Shown: piece by piece, positions 30,573 to 39,191 of the stretch
Layout of the letters: the number at the start of each line of letters is the position of its first letter
How positions within the stretch are numbered: position 1 is the first letter of the stretch
Assembly (NCBI GenBank): GCA_963611535.1
Contig: CAVDRP010000001.1
Coordinates: forward strand, 376,122 to 440,121
Reading direction: 5' to 3'
Source: Bacteroidaceae bacterium
Lineage (GTDB): Bacteria; Bacillota; Negativicutes; Acidaminococcales; Acidaminococcaceae
Length of the DNA stretch: 64,000 bases
Notes under the pieces: model-generated
What the model was told of the DNA's origin: nothing
What the model saw: the letters and a program-made list of their open reading frames with translations, nothing else
Database searches by the model: none
Translations under genes and position numbers: made by a program

Positions 30573-31379
30573 ATGGATAGTAAAAAAGCTCTGGTAGTAA
30601 TAAGCTTTGGTTCCACCTTCGACGAAACCCGCACCCACGATATCGGTGGCATTGAACAGGCACTCGCTGCTGCCTTCCCCGCCTACGATCAATATCGTGC
30701 CTTCACCTCCGTCATCATCCGCAAGCGCCTGGCAGAACGCAATATTATTGTTGATGATACCGACACCGTACTGCAAAAGCTGCAGGCCGCAGGCTACGAG
30801 GAGGTTGTGCTGCAGCCCACGCATTTACTGCATGGCGAGGAATTTGAGCAGAAGGTGCTCAGCCTCCAGGAAAAATATGCTGCTGCCTTCAAAAAAATTC
30901 TCATCAGCCAGCCACTCATTGTCAATGATGAGGATTTCAAGCTGGCCGCGGCTGCTATCGCCGTACAGATTCCGCCGCTTGCCGCAGACGAGGGCGTTGT
31001 ACTTATGGGACACGGCACACCGCGCAACAATAACAAAGCCTTTGGCTATACTTATGTTAAGCTGCAAAGCATCTTCGATTCTATGGGACTACCCATTATT
31101 GTTGGTACGGTCGAAGAAGACGATACCCCTAACTTTGAAACCGTTTTGGAAAAGCTTAAGGAACGCCAATACAAGCATGTGCATATGTATCCCCTAATGG
31201 TTGTTGCCGGCGACCACGCCAACAACGATATGTATGGTGACGAAGAATACAGCTGGAAATCACAAATTGAAGCCGCTGGCATCCAAACCACCGGTCACCT
31301 GTGCGGCCTTGGCAGATGCAAAGCCATCCAGGCGCTCTATATCCAGCATGTATTACGTACTTTGTCCCTTTTAGGCTGA
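30573..31379 (+). CDS. cbiK: Sirohydrochlorin cobaltochelatase CbiK (cytoplasmic)
   Basis: SFGST, RAFTS, MGHGT, GTVE, PLMVVAGDHANNDM; no signal peptide. Confidence 0.9.
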   Translation: MDSKKALVVISFGSTFDETRTHDIGGIEQALAAAFPAYDQYRAFTSVIIRKRLAERNIIVDDTDTVLQKLQAAGYEEVVLQPTHLLHGEEFEQKVLSLQEKYAAAFKKILISQPLIVNDEDFKLAAAAIAVQIPPLAADEGVVLMGHGTPRNNNKAFGYTYVKLQSIFDSMGLPIIVGTVEEDDTPNFETVLEKLKERQYKHVHMYPLMVVAGDHANNDMYGDEEYSWKSQIEAAGIQTTGHLCGLGRCKAIQALYIQHVLRTLSLLG

Positions 31380-31531
31380 CATTTATTAATTCTAAAATAA
31401 AAAAACCTGCGTTTTGTCTTCTTCATGAGGAACAACGCAGGTTTTTTGTTGCTCAGAAATAATAATATATGCTATAATGGAATTACCTAAATTTTTGTAC
31501 AATATTTTATGGAAGAAAGGGATGATGAAAA

Positions 31532-32902
31532 TTGGGTATTGTTTTATCTGCACTTATAACTTTTTGGGTAGGTTATCTAATCTACAAAAAGTATAAGCCT
31601 CAGCCGGTCCTTTTTATGGGCGGCATTATTATGATGTATCTGGCATCTATTTTAGGCTACAGCCAAATTTTAGGAGCTAAGGCAACAACTGGCTCCATGA
31701 TCTTTGACGCCTTTGAATTTATCCGTGCCACCTTCAGCTCCAACGTCGGCAAGCTTGGCCTGAACATTATGTCTGTTGGTGCCTTTGCTAAATACATGGA
31801 TAAGATCGGTGCTTCCCGCTCTCTGGTACGCTTAACCATCAAACCCCTGATGGCCTTAAAATCGCCTTATCTGGTTATGAGCGGCACCTGGATCGTCGGC
31901 ATGCTCATCGGCCTGTGCATTAACAGTGCCTCTGGCCTGGCTATGCTTTTGATGGTAACCATGTTCCCAATTCTTTTGGGTCTTGGCGTAAGCCGTCTTT
32001 CGGCAACTGCAGCTGTTGCCACCACTCTTTGCTTTGACTGGAGCCCCAGTGACACCGGCACCATTCTCTCTGCCGAAACTGCAGGCGTAGACCCTGTATT
32101 CTACTGGAGCCATTATCAGGTTCCTATCGTTGCTGTTGCTTTTGTTGTTGTCGGCATTCTGCACTATTTGACCCAAAAATATATGGATAAACGCGACGGA
32201 CATATCGTACAACCCATGGAGGTTGAACGTGTGGAGGAAGAAGCAGATAATGCACCGCTTTGGTATGCTATTCTGCCGGTAATCCCGCTAGCTTTGATTC
32301 TTTCCTTCAGCTCTCTGTGGATTACCACCATCAAGATGAACATCGTTATGGCTATGTTTATCGGCCTCACCATCGGCGTAATCTGCGAATACGGCCGCTG
32401 GCGTGACGGTAAGAAGGTACTTGGCGATATCCAAACCTTCTTCGACGGCCTTGGCATGCAGATGGCCAACGTTGTTACCCTGATAGTAGCAGGCCAAACC
32501 TTTGCCAAGGGCCTTGTATCCATGGGTGCCATCAACACCTTGATTGACGGCAGTAAGGGTTTGGGCTTTGGTCCTATGTCTATGATGCTGGTTATGGTTG
32601 CCATCATCGCTGGTTCTGCTATCGTCATGGGCAGCGGCAACGCTCCCTTCTTTGCCTTTGCCGCACTCACCCCGGCAGTTGCAGCCCACAGCGGCCTGCA
32701 TCCCGTACTGATGCTGCTGCCGATGCACTTTGCTGCTTCCATCATGCGTAACTGCTCTCCTATCACCGCAGTTATCGTTGTCTCCTCCGGCATGGGCGGC
32801 GTTTCCTCCTTTGATCTGGTAAAACGTACCGCTATTCCTATGGCTGGCGCTATGATCGTCACCATCGGCATGACCTTCTTCTTCTACTACACTGGTTGGT
32901 AA
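31532..32902 (+). CDS. DcuC-family C4-dicarboxylate transporter
   Basis: LGL.IM..G.F..YM..IGAS, GSGNAPF.AF, SP...VIV; TTG start with RBS. Confidence 0.88.
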   Translation: MGIVLSALITFWVGYLIYKKYKPQPVLFMGGIIMMYLASILGYSQILGAKATTGSMIFDAFEFIRATFSSNVGKLGLNIMSVGAFAKYMDKIGASRSLVRLTIKPLMALKSPYLVMSGTWIVGMLIGLCINSASGLAMLLMVTMFPILLGLGVSRLSATAAVATTLCFDWSPSDTGTILSAETAGVDPVFYWSHYQVPIVAVAFVVVGILHYLTQKYMDKRDGHIVQPMEVERVEEEADNAPLWYAILPVIPLALILSFSSLWITTIKMNIVMAMFIGLTIGVICEYGRWRDGKKVLGDIQTFFDGLGMQMANVVTLIVAGQTFAKGLVSMGAINTLIDGSKGLGFGPMSMMLVMVAIIAGSAIVMGSGNAPFFAFAALTPAVAAHSGLHPVLMLLPMHFAASIMRNCSPITAVIVVSSGMGGVSSFDLVKRTAIPMAGAMIVTIGMTFFFYYTGW

Positions 32903-33033
32903 TTAGTGGTAGTTTAATTTTTTAAGGACTCTTGCAGCCTGCTATATCTCTTTGCAAATTTCTGCTTGCATTTCGCAGCAGGCAAAAAGTATTTAGCAGG
33001 CTGCTTTTGTTTATTTACGAAAGGAGTAGTACT

Positions 33034-33981
33034 ATGTTTATTTGCGATTGTCATTGCGATACACTCACCGAGCTTTATAAAAAAGGCACTAGCCTTTATG
33101 CCAACGACCAACACTTTGATATCCGGCGCCAGATCGCCATTGGCGGCGGCCTACAATTTTGTGCCATCTATGTTCCAACGCCGGAATTTCGCTATTACGG
33201 CGGCTTGCGCTACACCCTGCAGCTATTAGATAAATACCTGCAGGAGGTAAAAAAGCTGCAAGCAGCAGGTATTGACGTGTTGCAGGTGCGCACCAAGGAG
33301 GATGCAGGCGACGTGCTCAACCATAAGGCGGCGACTCTGCTGGCAATCGAAGAAGGCGGCGCCATTGACGGCAGCCTGGAGGCGCTGCGCTGCCTCTACG
33401 AGCTGGGCGTACGTGCCATGACGCTCACCTGGAGCAACCGCAACGACATTGCCGACGGCGTTAACGAAGAAGGCAGCGGCGGCGGCCTCACTGTATTTGG
33501 GCGCAAGGTAGTAGCCGAAATGAACAAGCTGGGTATGCTGGTAGATGTTTCACATATAGCAGCTGCAGGCTTTTGGGATGTTATCGAAGCCAGCAGCAAG
33601 CCTATTATTGCCACCCACTCCAATGCCAAGGCCCTGTGTGCACATCCACGCAACTTAGATGACAAGCAGCTTTTAGCTATCAATGACAATGACGGTCTTG
33701 TCGGCATTACCTTCGCCGGCCAATTCCTAGAGCAAGATTACCATGACGCCTGCATCGAAAGCGTCTACCGCCATATCGACCATATCCTGAACCTGATGGG
33801 TAACGATGATCACGTTGGCTTTGGCAGCGATTTTGACGGTATCAGCCATCCGCCTTATAATATCCAAGGCGTGCAGGATTACAAACCTTTAGTGGAATTT
33901 TTAGCCAGCAAGTACAGCGATGAAACCGTTGCCAAAATTACTCATGGCAACGTGCTGAGCCTGCTGCAAAAGGTGCTGTAA
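33034..33981 (+). CDS. Membrane dipeptidase (M19) family
   Basis: D.HCD, LTW..RN, DVSH, ATHSN, HPRNL, GSDFDG. Confidence 0.92.
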   Translation: MFICDCHCDTLTELYKKGTSLYANDQHFDIRRQIAIGGGLQFCAIYVPTPEFRYYGGLRYTLQLLDKYLQEVKKLQAAGIDVLQVRTKEDAGDVLNHKAATLLAIEEGGAIDGSLEALRCLYELGVRAMTLTWSNRNDIADGVNEEGSGGGLTVFGRKVVAEMNKLGMLVDVSHIAAAGFWDVIEASSKPIIATHSNAKALCAHPRNLDDKQLLAINDNDGLVGITFAGQFLEQDYHDACIESVYRHIDHILNLMGNDDHVGFGSDFDGISHPPYNIQGVQDYKPLVEFLASKYSDETVAKITHGNVLSLLQKVL

Positions 33982-34139
33982 GTATCGCTTGCAGGCTAGC
34001 GTTACTAGATTTTTCACCACAGATTTTTCCTTAAAATCGGCAGCATTTTAAGGGATAGTCAATGCCTAAGCAATTTTTACCATACTCAAAAGCCGTACTA
34101 CGCATGCTCTCCACAGCGCAGTACGGCTTTTTGCTATTT

Positions 34140-34568
34140 TTAAATTTTTATGTCCAGCGATGCGCTTACGCCCACACCCTGCACACGGTTAACATTTTTG
34201 TACGATACATTATCTACAGGCAGCAGCACCTTACAGCGCACGCCTAACACCGTCTGTTCAATCATCAGCGCGGCCTTGACCTGGTCAACCTTAGCCTGCG
34301 GTCCCGATACCTGGGCTGCACCAGCACGGCTGCCATCGCCTACAGAAATAATAGGCACCACCTTCGTCGCATCCGTCGTACCTACGCCATATTTGGCAGT
34401 TACTGTATTAATAGCGTTATTTAGTGCTGGAGCTGTAGCATCTACAGCATAACCAACTGCTCCACCCTTCAGCACCTTGTCAAAAATACCAGCGCTAGCA
34501 CTGGGCATACCGTTGCCCAAAACAAAACCACACGCAAGCGCCGCCGCAATCCATTTTTTATTTTGCAT
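34140..34568 (-). CDS. Exported hypothetical protein
   Basis: Signal peptide; TKVVPIISVG...GAAQV.GP motif; GGAGG RBS. Confidence 0.7.
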   Translation of the reverse strand: MQNKKWIAAALACGFVLGNGMPSASAGIFDKVLKGGAVGYAVDATAPALNNAINTVTAKYGVGTTDATKVVPIISVGDGSRAGAAQVSGPQAKVDQVKAALMIEQTVLGVRCKVLLPVDNVSYKNVNRVQGVGVSASLDIKI

Positions 34569-34595
34569 ATCGCAACCTCCTTAGTCACCAAGTGC

Positions 34596-35150
34596 TTATT
34601 TCAATTTTTTGCCCTCAGCAAACGCCACTGCCACCACGTTACCAAGTGCGATATACTTATGATTTACACCGTCATAGGTCAACGGCTTGAGCTTAGCAGG
34701 ATCTATTTTACCATCCGTCAGCACGCTTGCATCTGCCGTAACGTTAACAATCTCTCCCACTAGTACCTCATGCTCATAGCTTTTAACCTTGCACTCCAGG
34801 GCCATAGGAAGCTCATCAATCAAAGGAGCATTCACGAAGCTGCTCTTAGTAGCATGAAAGCCTGCACGGGCAAATTTATCTGCTACGTTATAAGCCGATT
34901 CTATACCGACATAATCACAGGCAGTAACCATATCTACGGTAGCCATGCTCACAGTAAATGCTCCCGTTTGCATAAGGTTGGCTGCTGTCTTATGCTCTGC
35001 CGCCATAGCGATAGAAATCTCGTTAGTATCCGTAACGCCACCCCAGGCAGCGGCCATAGCATCAGGCACGCCTTCTGCATCATATGTACCAATAATCAAC
35101 ACTGGCATAGGAAACAGCATAGGCTCAGCACCAAAATCAATTCTGCTCAT
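34596..35150 (-). CDS. Flavin reductase / flavoredoxin family protein
   Basis: PMPV.II.T, AWGG, FTVS, AP.I.E.P..LEC, GEIV. Confidence 0.88.
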   Translation of the reverse strand: MSRIDFGAEPMLFPMPVLIIGTYDAEGVPDAMAAAWGGVTDTNEISIAMAAEHKTAANLMQTGAFTVSMATVDMVTACDYVGIESAYNVADKFARAGFHATKSSFVNAPLIDELPMALECKVKSYEHEVLVGEIVNVTADASVLTDGKIDPAKLKPLTYDGVNHKYIALGNVVAVAFAEGKKLK

Positions 35151-35318
35151 TTGTATCACTCCTTCAATATCACTGCAATAAAAACGCTTTATCTGTCATT
35201 ATTATACCACAACCATTGGCTTAATTTGAGCCAAAAGTGCGATTTATCTGTGACTTTGCAAACATAAGAAAGAGTGTCGTATCTAAAATTAAGCACCTAG
35301 TTATCTCTCTTATTTCAT

Positions 35319-35606
35319 CTATTTTTCGGCAATCATCAAACCGCTTTCTTGTACACGCATAGGTATCTTCAAAACCTGGCCAGGATAAATGGTTTTAGAT
35401 TTCAGATTATTAGCCTGTGCTATGCGAAAAACAACCTCACGCACATCCTCCTGTGCTTCGGTATGACGGCCAGCAATATCCCACAAGGTATCTCCCTGTG
35501 CAACAGTCACAGTATATTCACGATATACAGCTTCATCAGCAAACACAGCACCATATCCAGCATAGAGAATACAAGTGCAGCAAACAGCCATCAAAATCTT
35601 TTTCAC
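35319..35606 (-). CDS. Membrane-anchored LysM protein (YneA-like)
   Basis: N-terminal hydrophobic segment; V..GDTLW.IA...I...N.L....IYPGQ.L.IP. Confidence 0.8.
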   Translation of the reverse strand: MKKILMAVCCTCILYAGYGAVFADEAVYREYTVTVAQGDTLWDIAGRHTEAQEDVREVVFRIAQANNLKSKTIYPGQVLKIPMRVQESGLMIAEK

Positions 35607-35875
35607 ATTTATCACCGCCTATGTAAATCTTCGTTTGTCTATATGATAATACCAGCGGCAAACTTTGTCAACTGTTTTGTGAATTTTTGTTTGTTAATTT
35701 TTTGTATTTCCCGAACGCATTGCTTGTATAAAAAACACAATACTCTTTATCAAACCTTACACTTACAATTACAACGTCCTTACACAATATCACAAGCAAC
35801 GGAATTATGCCGTAAAAAAATACTCGTGTCATTCTCTAAAATTAAAATACGCTGATACCCTAATGCTTAGGATAT

Positions 35876-36120
35876 CTAGGTGTTACGCGAGCTTTTAGCC
35901 AGGCCATCAGCTTCGCGTACAATAGGCATAACGCGCAGATCAATGTTAAAGAACAAGTCCTTAATCATACGCTTTAATACCTGTACCTGCTGTGCATCCT
36001 TTTGGCCAAAATAAGCACGGTCAGGCTGCGCCAGATTAAATAACTTAGATACAACAGTGGTTACGCCACGGAAGTGAATAGGACGTGTACGGCCGCACAA
36101 AACCTTAGTGATGTCACCTG
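35876..36120 (-). pseudogene. panC: Internal panC fragment duplicating 39475-39718
   Basis: Encodes [16 protein letters not shown]...AKSSRNT then a stop; ungapped alignment to panC at offset 3,598; no start or 3' end. Confidence 0.92.
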
Positions 36121-36133
36121 ACTTTGATTTTAT

Positions 36134-36739
36134 TTACAGACCCAATTCATTTACGTTAACAGCAGGCTTCTGCTCGCTCTGCGCAATAGTTTTAATCACC
36201 CTCGCAGGCACACCCCCAACAAGTGTATTAGCCGGCACATCATGTGTAACCACCGCACCTGCTGCAATAACAGCATTTTTGCCAATCGTCACACCTGTAA
36301 GGATAGTGGCGTTCGCCCCAATCCAGACACAGTCACCAATTGTTATCGGATGGCTCTGAAAATGTCGTGAAACTCTGCGCTGCGCATCCAAAGGATGTGT
36401 TGCCACACTAATCACTACACCAGGGGCAATAAAAACATTCTCGCCAATATTCACACGGTTAGTATCCAGAATTGTAACGTTGCAGTTAATAAAAGTGCCA
36501 CTGCCAATGCTGATATGCCTGCCATAATCGCAGTTAAAGTTACCTTTAATTGTTACGCGCTCGCCAATAGCAGCAAAAAAGTTCTGCAAAAATTTCTGTC
36601 TTTCCACATCGCGTGCTGGTCTGGAATTAATCAAAAGCAAGCCTTCGCTGCACGCATAAGCTAAATCAGCCAATTCTTTATCAGGGAAATATTCTTCCTC
36701 TGCTAACATTTTCTCATAATTTGTCTCTTCCTGCATCAT
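36134..36739 (-). CDS. Maltose/galactoside O-acetyltransferase family (hexapeptide repeat)
   Basis: CDYG..I.IG..TFIN, ATHP, VWIG..A.I..GVTIG, GVPARVI. Confidence 0.9.
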   Translation of the reverse strand: MMQEETNYEKMLAEEEYFPDKELADLAYACSEGLLLINSRPARDVERQKFLQNFFAAIGERVTIKGNFNCDYGRHISIGSGTFINCNVTILDTNRVNIGENVFIAPGVVISVATHPLDAQRRVSRHFQSHPITIGDCVWIGANATILTGVTIGKNAVIAAGAVVTHDVPANTLVGGVPARVIKTIAQSEQKPAVNVNELGL

Positions 36740-36801
36740 ACAAGCTCCCTTGTTTTTATTTCAAATTGCCTAGTAACAACACCTAAATGAATCAACTAGG
36801 C

Positions 36802-36886
36802 CAAGTATATAGTGTCAGCTCGCCAAAAGCAAGAAAAACTTCGGCTTAAACGCAATTATACCTGCGGTTTAGCCGAAGTTTTGTTG
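36802..36886 (-). repeat. Copy 1 of an ~85-bp inverted-repeat plus promoter module
   Basis: AAAACTTCGGCT-N24-AGCCGAAGTTTT next to TTGCTT-17-TATACT on the minus strand; ungapped match to 38635-38719. Confidence 0.8.
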
Positions 36887-37103
36887 ATTTACTAAATTTA
36901 CTTTTTGTGTTTCGTATAACTTGTTATAAGAACACTCTTCACTTCTTCTAACTTTGCTTCATCACCATTTTCAAGTTCAAAGTAGTCCTTAATAGCTTGT
37001 CCCAAAACCCTATTTAGCTTATCCTTACCTTGACTATGGCATTGATTACAATATTCGGTATATAACACCCTATCATTTTTTATAATACTATTGGGTGATA
37101 AAA

Positions 37104-37304
37104 ATGTATCAACGTATACGTGATTTACGCGAGGACAAGTATATGACGCAGAGGGAGATGGCAGAGATATTACACTGTTCACAGCGGGTTTATAGCAACT
37201 ACGAAAAAGGCGAGCGCAATATTCCGACAGAAATTCTTATAGCCTTAGCTCGTTTACATCAGACAAGTACAGATTATATTCTTGGTTTAACCAACAAAAA
37301 ATAA
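37104..37304 (+). CDS. XRE-family HTH transcriptional regulator
   Basis: RIRDLRED..MTQ.E.A..L..SQ..YS.YE.G...IP...L..LA.....S.DYILG. Confidence 0.9.
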   Translation: MYQRIRDLREDKYMTQREMAEILHCSQRVYSNYEKGERNIPTEILIALARLHQTSTDYILGLTNKK

Positions 37305-37353
37305 GGAGTTACTTCTGTTTCAGCACGCTATGTGCAATCTAAGAAGTAACTCC
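37305..37353. terminator. Inverted repeat between the convergent XRE and ATPase genes; probable terminator
   Basis: GGAGTTACTTC...GAAGTAACTCC with a T-run shortly after. Confidence 0.6.
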
Positions 37354-37371
37354 CTATTTTTTTACTTATAT

Positions 37372-38601
37372 CTATATCTCCCAAATAGGAATAATCAGAT
37401 TCTCCCTATCAAAAGCAGTAAACTTATCACTCAAGCACAAAATACCGCCAGTGCTGCGTTTTAAGCTAGTTTTATCCAAAACGCCAAATACATTTGTTAA
37501 ACGTTTATCAGGCATCATTGTTTTCTTCACTTCCAGAGGGTACAACATCCCATTACGCTCTAAAACAATATCTATTTCCTTATTATCCTTATCACGATAG
37601 TAATAGATAAATGGCTCTAAGCCAGCGTTCTGATAGCTTTTTACTATTTCTGAAACGACAAAATTCTCCAGAATGGCGCCACTCATCGCACCATTCATCA
37701 AAGTTGCGCTGTCCGTCCATTTCGTAAGATATGCCACTAACCCGCAATCATAAAAATACAGCTTAGGTTTTGTCACCATGCGTTTGAGCAAATTATTGCT
37801 ATACGGATGCAGATAAAAAATAATGCCCAGGCGCTCTAAAATATTCAGCCAGCTTTTAACCGTAGGCACGCTAATATCTACAGCGTCAGCTATAGTTTTG
37901 TAATTCACCATCTGGCTGGTAAGCGCAGCAACCACAGTTACAAAATGCAAGAATTTAAAAGAATCAATTTTATCTGCTATATCCTTAACATCCCTGTCAA
38001 TATAAGTAGAAACATAACTGCTATACACTGCTACCTGTTCTTTTTTCGCTCCACTGACAATAACAGGCATACCACCACGCCAGATGCGTTCAAAAACTTC
38101 TTGTATTGTTGCCACAGGCACCAGCTTGCTACGCTGCGCTAAGCTAGCAAAATCAACCGTAAAAGCTTCTGAAGGCACTCCGCACGCTTCTGCCTGTGAT
38201 AAAGGCGACATATGCAGCAAGCATACACGTCCTGCTAAAGATTCCTGTACACCATCCATCAGCTTAAAAATCTGCGAACCCGTTAGCCAAAAATCACCAG
38301 CACGCTGATGTTCATCCACGTAAATTTTTATATAAGGAAACAGCTCTGGAGCATACTGCACTTCATCAATAAATACAGGAGGCTGATGCAGTTGTAAAAA
38401 CAGCTTTGGGTCATGTTTTGCCATTTCGCGCTCTGCAATATCATCCAAGGTTACATATTCGCGGTTTGCGCCTTCTGCTTCCGCTAATTTTTTCAGCATT
38501 GTCGTTTTGCCAACCTGACGCGGACCAGTAAGCAAAATAACCGAAAATTCCTGCGCCATTCTTATAAATGTAGCTTCCATCGCACGTGTAATATAATCCA
38601 T
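37372..38601 (-). CDS. AAA_14 ATPase with DUF4143 C-terminus (predicted wHTH plus PD-(D/E)XK-like nuclease)
   Basis: Walker A GPRQVGKTT, Walker B FIDEVQ, LTGS, GGMP, K.PKLYFYD.GL, EN.V..E, YYRD...EID.V...LEVK. Confidence 0.9.
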   Translation of the reverse strand: MDYITRAMEATFIRMAQEFSVILLTGPRQVGKTTMLKKLAEAEGANREYVTLDDIAEREMAKHDPKLFLQLHQPPVFIDEVQYAPELFPYIKIYVDEHQRAGDFWLTGSQIFKLMDGVQESLAGRVCLLHMSPLSQAEACGVPSEAFTVDFASLAQRSKLVPVATIQEVFERIWRGGMPVIVSGAKKEQVAVYSSYVSTYIDRDVKDIADKIDSFKFLHFVTVVAALTSQMVNYKTIADAVDISVPTVKSWLNILERLGIIFYLHPYSNNLLKRMVTKPKLYFYDCGLVAYLTKWTDSATLMNGAMSGAILENFVVSEIVKSYQNAGLEPFIYYYRDKDNKEIDIVLERNGMLYPLEVKKTMMPDKRLTNVFGVLDKTSLKRSTGGILCLSDKFTAFDRENLIIPIWEI

Positions 38602-38634
38602 TGCTATCATTCCTTTCCATCTTTATTTATAAGG

Positions 38635-38741
38635 CAAGTATATAGCATAAATGCTGCAAAAGCAAGCAAAACCTCGGCTAAATTAAAGTGTTACTTACGT
38701 TTTAGCCGAAGTTTTGCTGTTTTTATTTTAAAATAGCCGAA
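38635..38741 (-). repeat. Copy 2 of the inverted-repeat plus promoter module, with an extra TAGCCGAA half-site
   Basis: AGCAAAACCTCGGCTAAA / TTTAGCCGAAGTTTTGCT arms, the same 24-nt spacing between CGGCT and AGCCG, TTGCTT-17-TATACT, and a third TAGCCGAA 31 bp further on. Confidence 0.8.
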
Positions 38742-38745
38742 AAAA

Positions 38746-38791
38746 ATTAATCCCCTGCCTTCGCCAAGCCAGCGAAAACAGGGGATTAATA
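38746..38791 (-). terminator. Intrinsic terminator of the pan operon
   Basis: ATTAATCCCCTG...CAGGGGATTAAT with a T-run on the minus strand. Confidence 0.75.
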
Positions 38792-38805
38792 TTGTTCTTT
38801 ATTTA

Positions 38806-39189
38806 TCAGCCGATTTCTGCTTCTTTTTCCGTGCCACGGACATTGACAGGATGGTTGTGCTCATCAACCATAACAACCTTAGGTACGTAGGTTTTAGCCT
38901 CTTCCTCGGTCATCAGGCTGTAGGCGATAATGATAACGGTATCACCCACCAATACCTTACGGGCGGCAGCGCCATTCAAGCAAATCACACCGCTACCAGG
39001 TTCACCAGCGATAACATAGGTTTCCAGGCGGTTACCATTGTTGTTATCCACAATTTGCACACGTTCGCCGGGCAAAATGCCAGAAAGCTCCAAAAGCTCA
39101 CTGTCAATAGTGATGCTGCCCATATATTCCAAGTTGGCCTGAGTTACAGTTGCGCGATGAATTTTGCCATGATGCATAGTATAAAGCAT
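38806..39189 (-). CDS. panD: Aspartate 1-decarboxylase
   Basis: [28 protein letters not shown]. Confidence 0.96.
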   Translation of the reverse strand: MLYTMHHGKIHRATVTQANLEYMGSITIDSELLELSGILPGERVQIVDNNNGNRLETYVIAGEPGSGVICLNGAAARKVLVGDTVIIIAYSLMTEEEAKTYVPKVVMVDEHNHPVNVRGTEKEAEIG

Positions 39190-39191
39190 TG

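Noticed and set aside
32935..33008. Long palindrome between dcuC and the dipeptidase, and the upstream ORF extension through it
   Set aside because: Consistent with an ordinary terminator or stabilising hairpin; the RBS supports ATG 33034.
36802..38741. CRISPR repeats, integron attC sites or IS ends
   Set aside because: Only two copies 1.8 kb apart, no cas, integrase or transposase in the window, and no RYYYAAC/GTTRRRY ends or target-site duplication seen.
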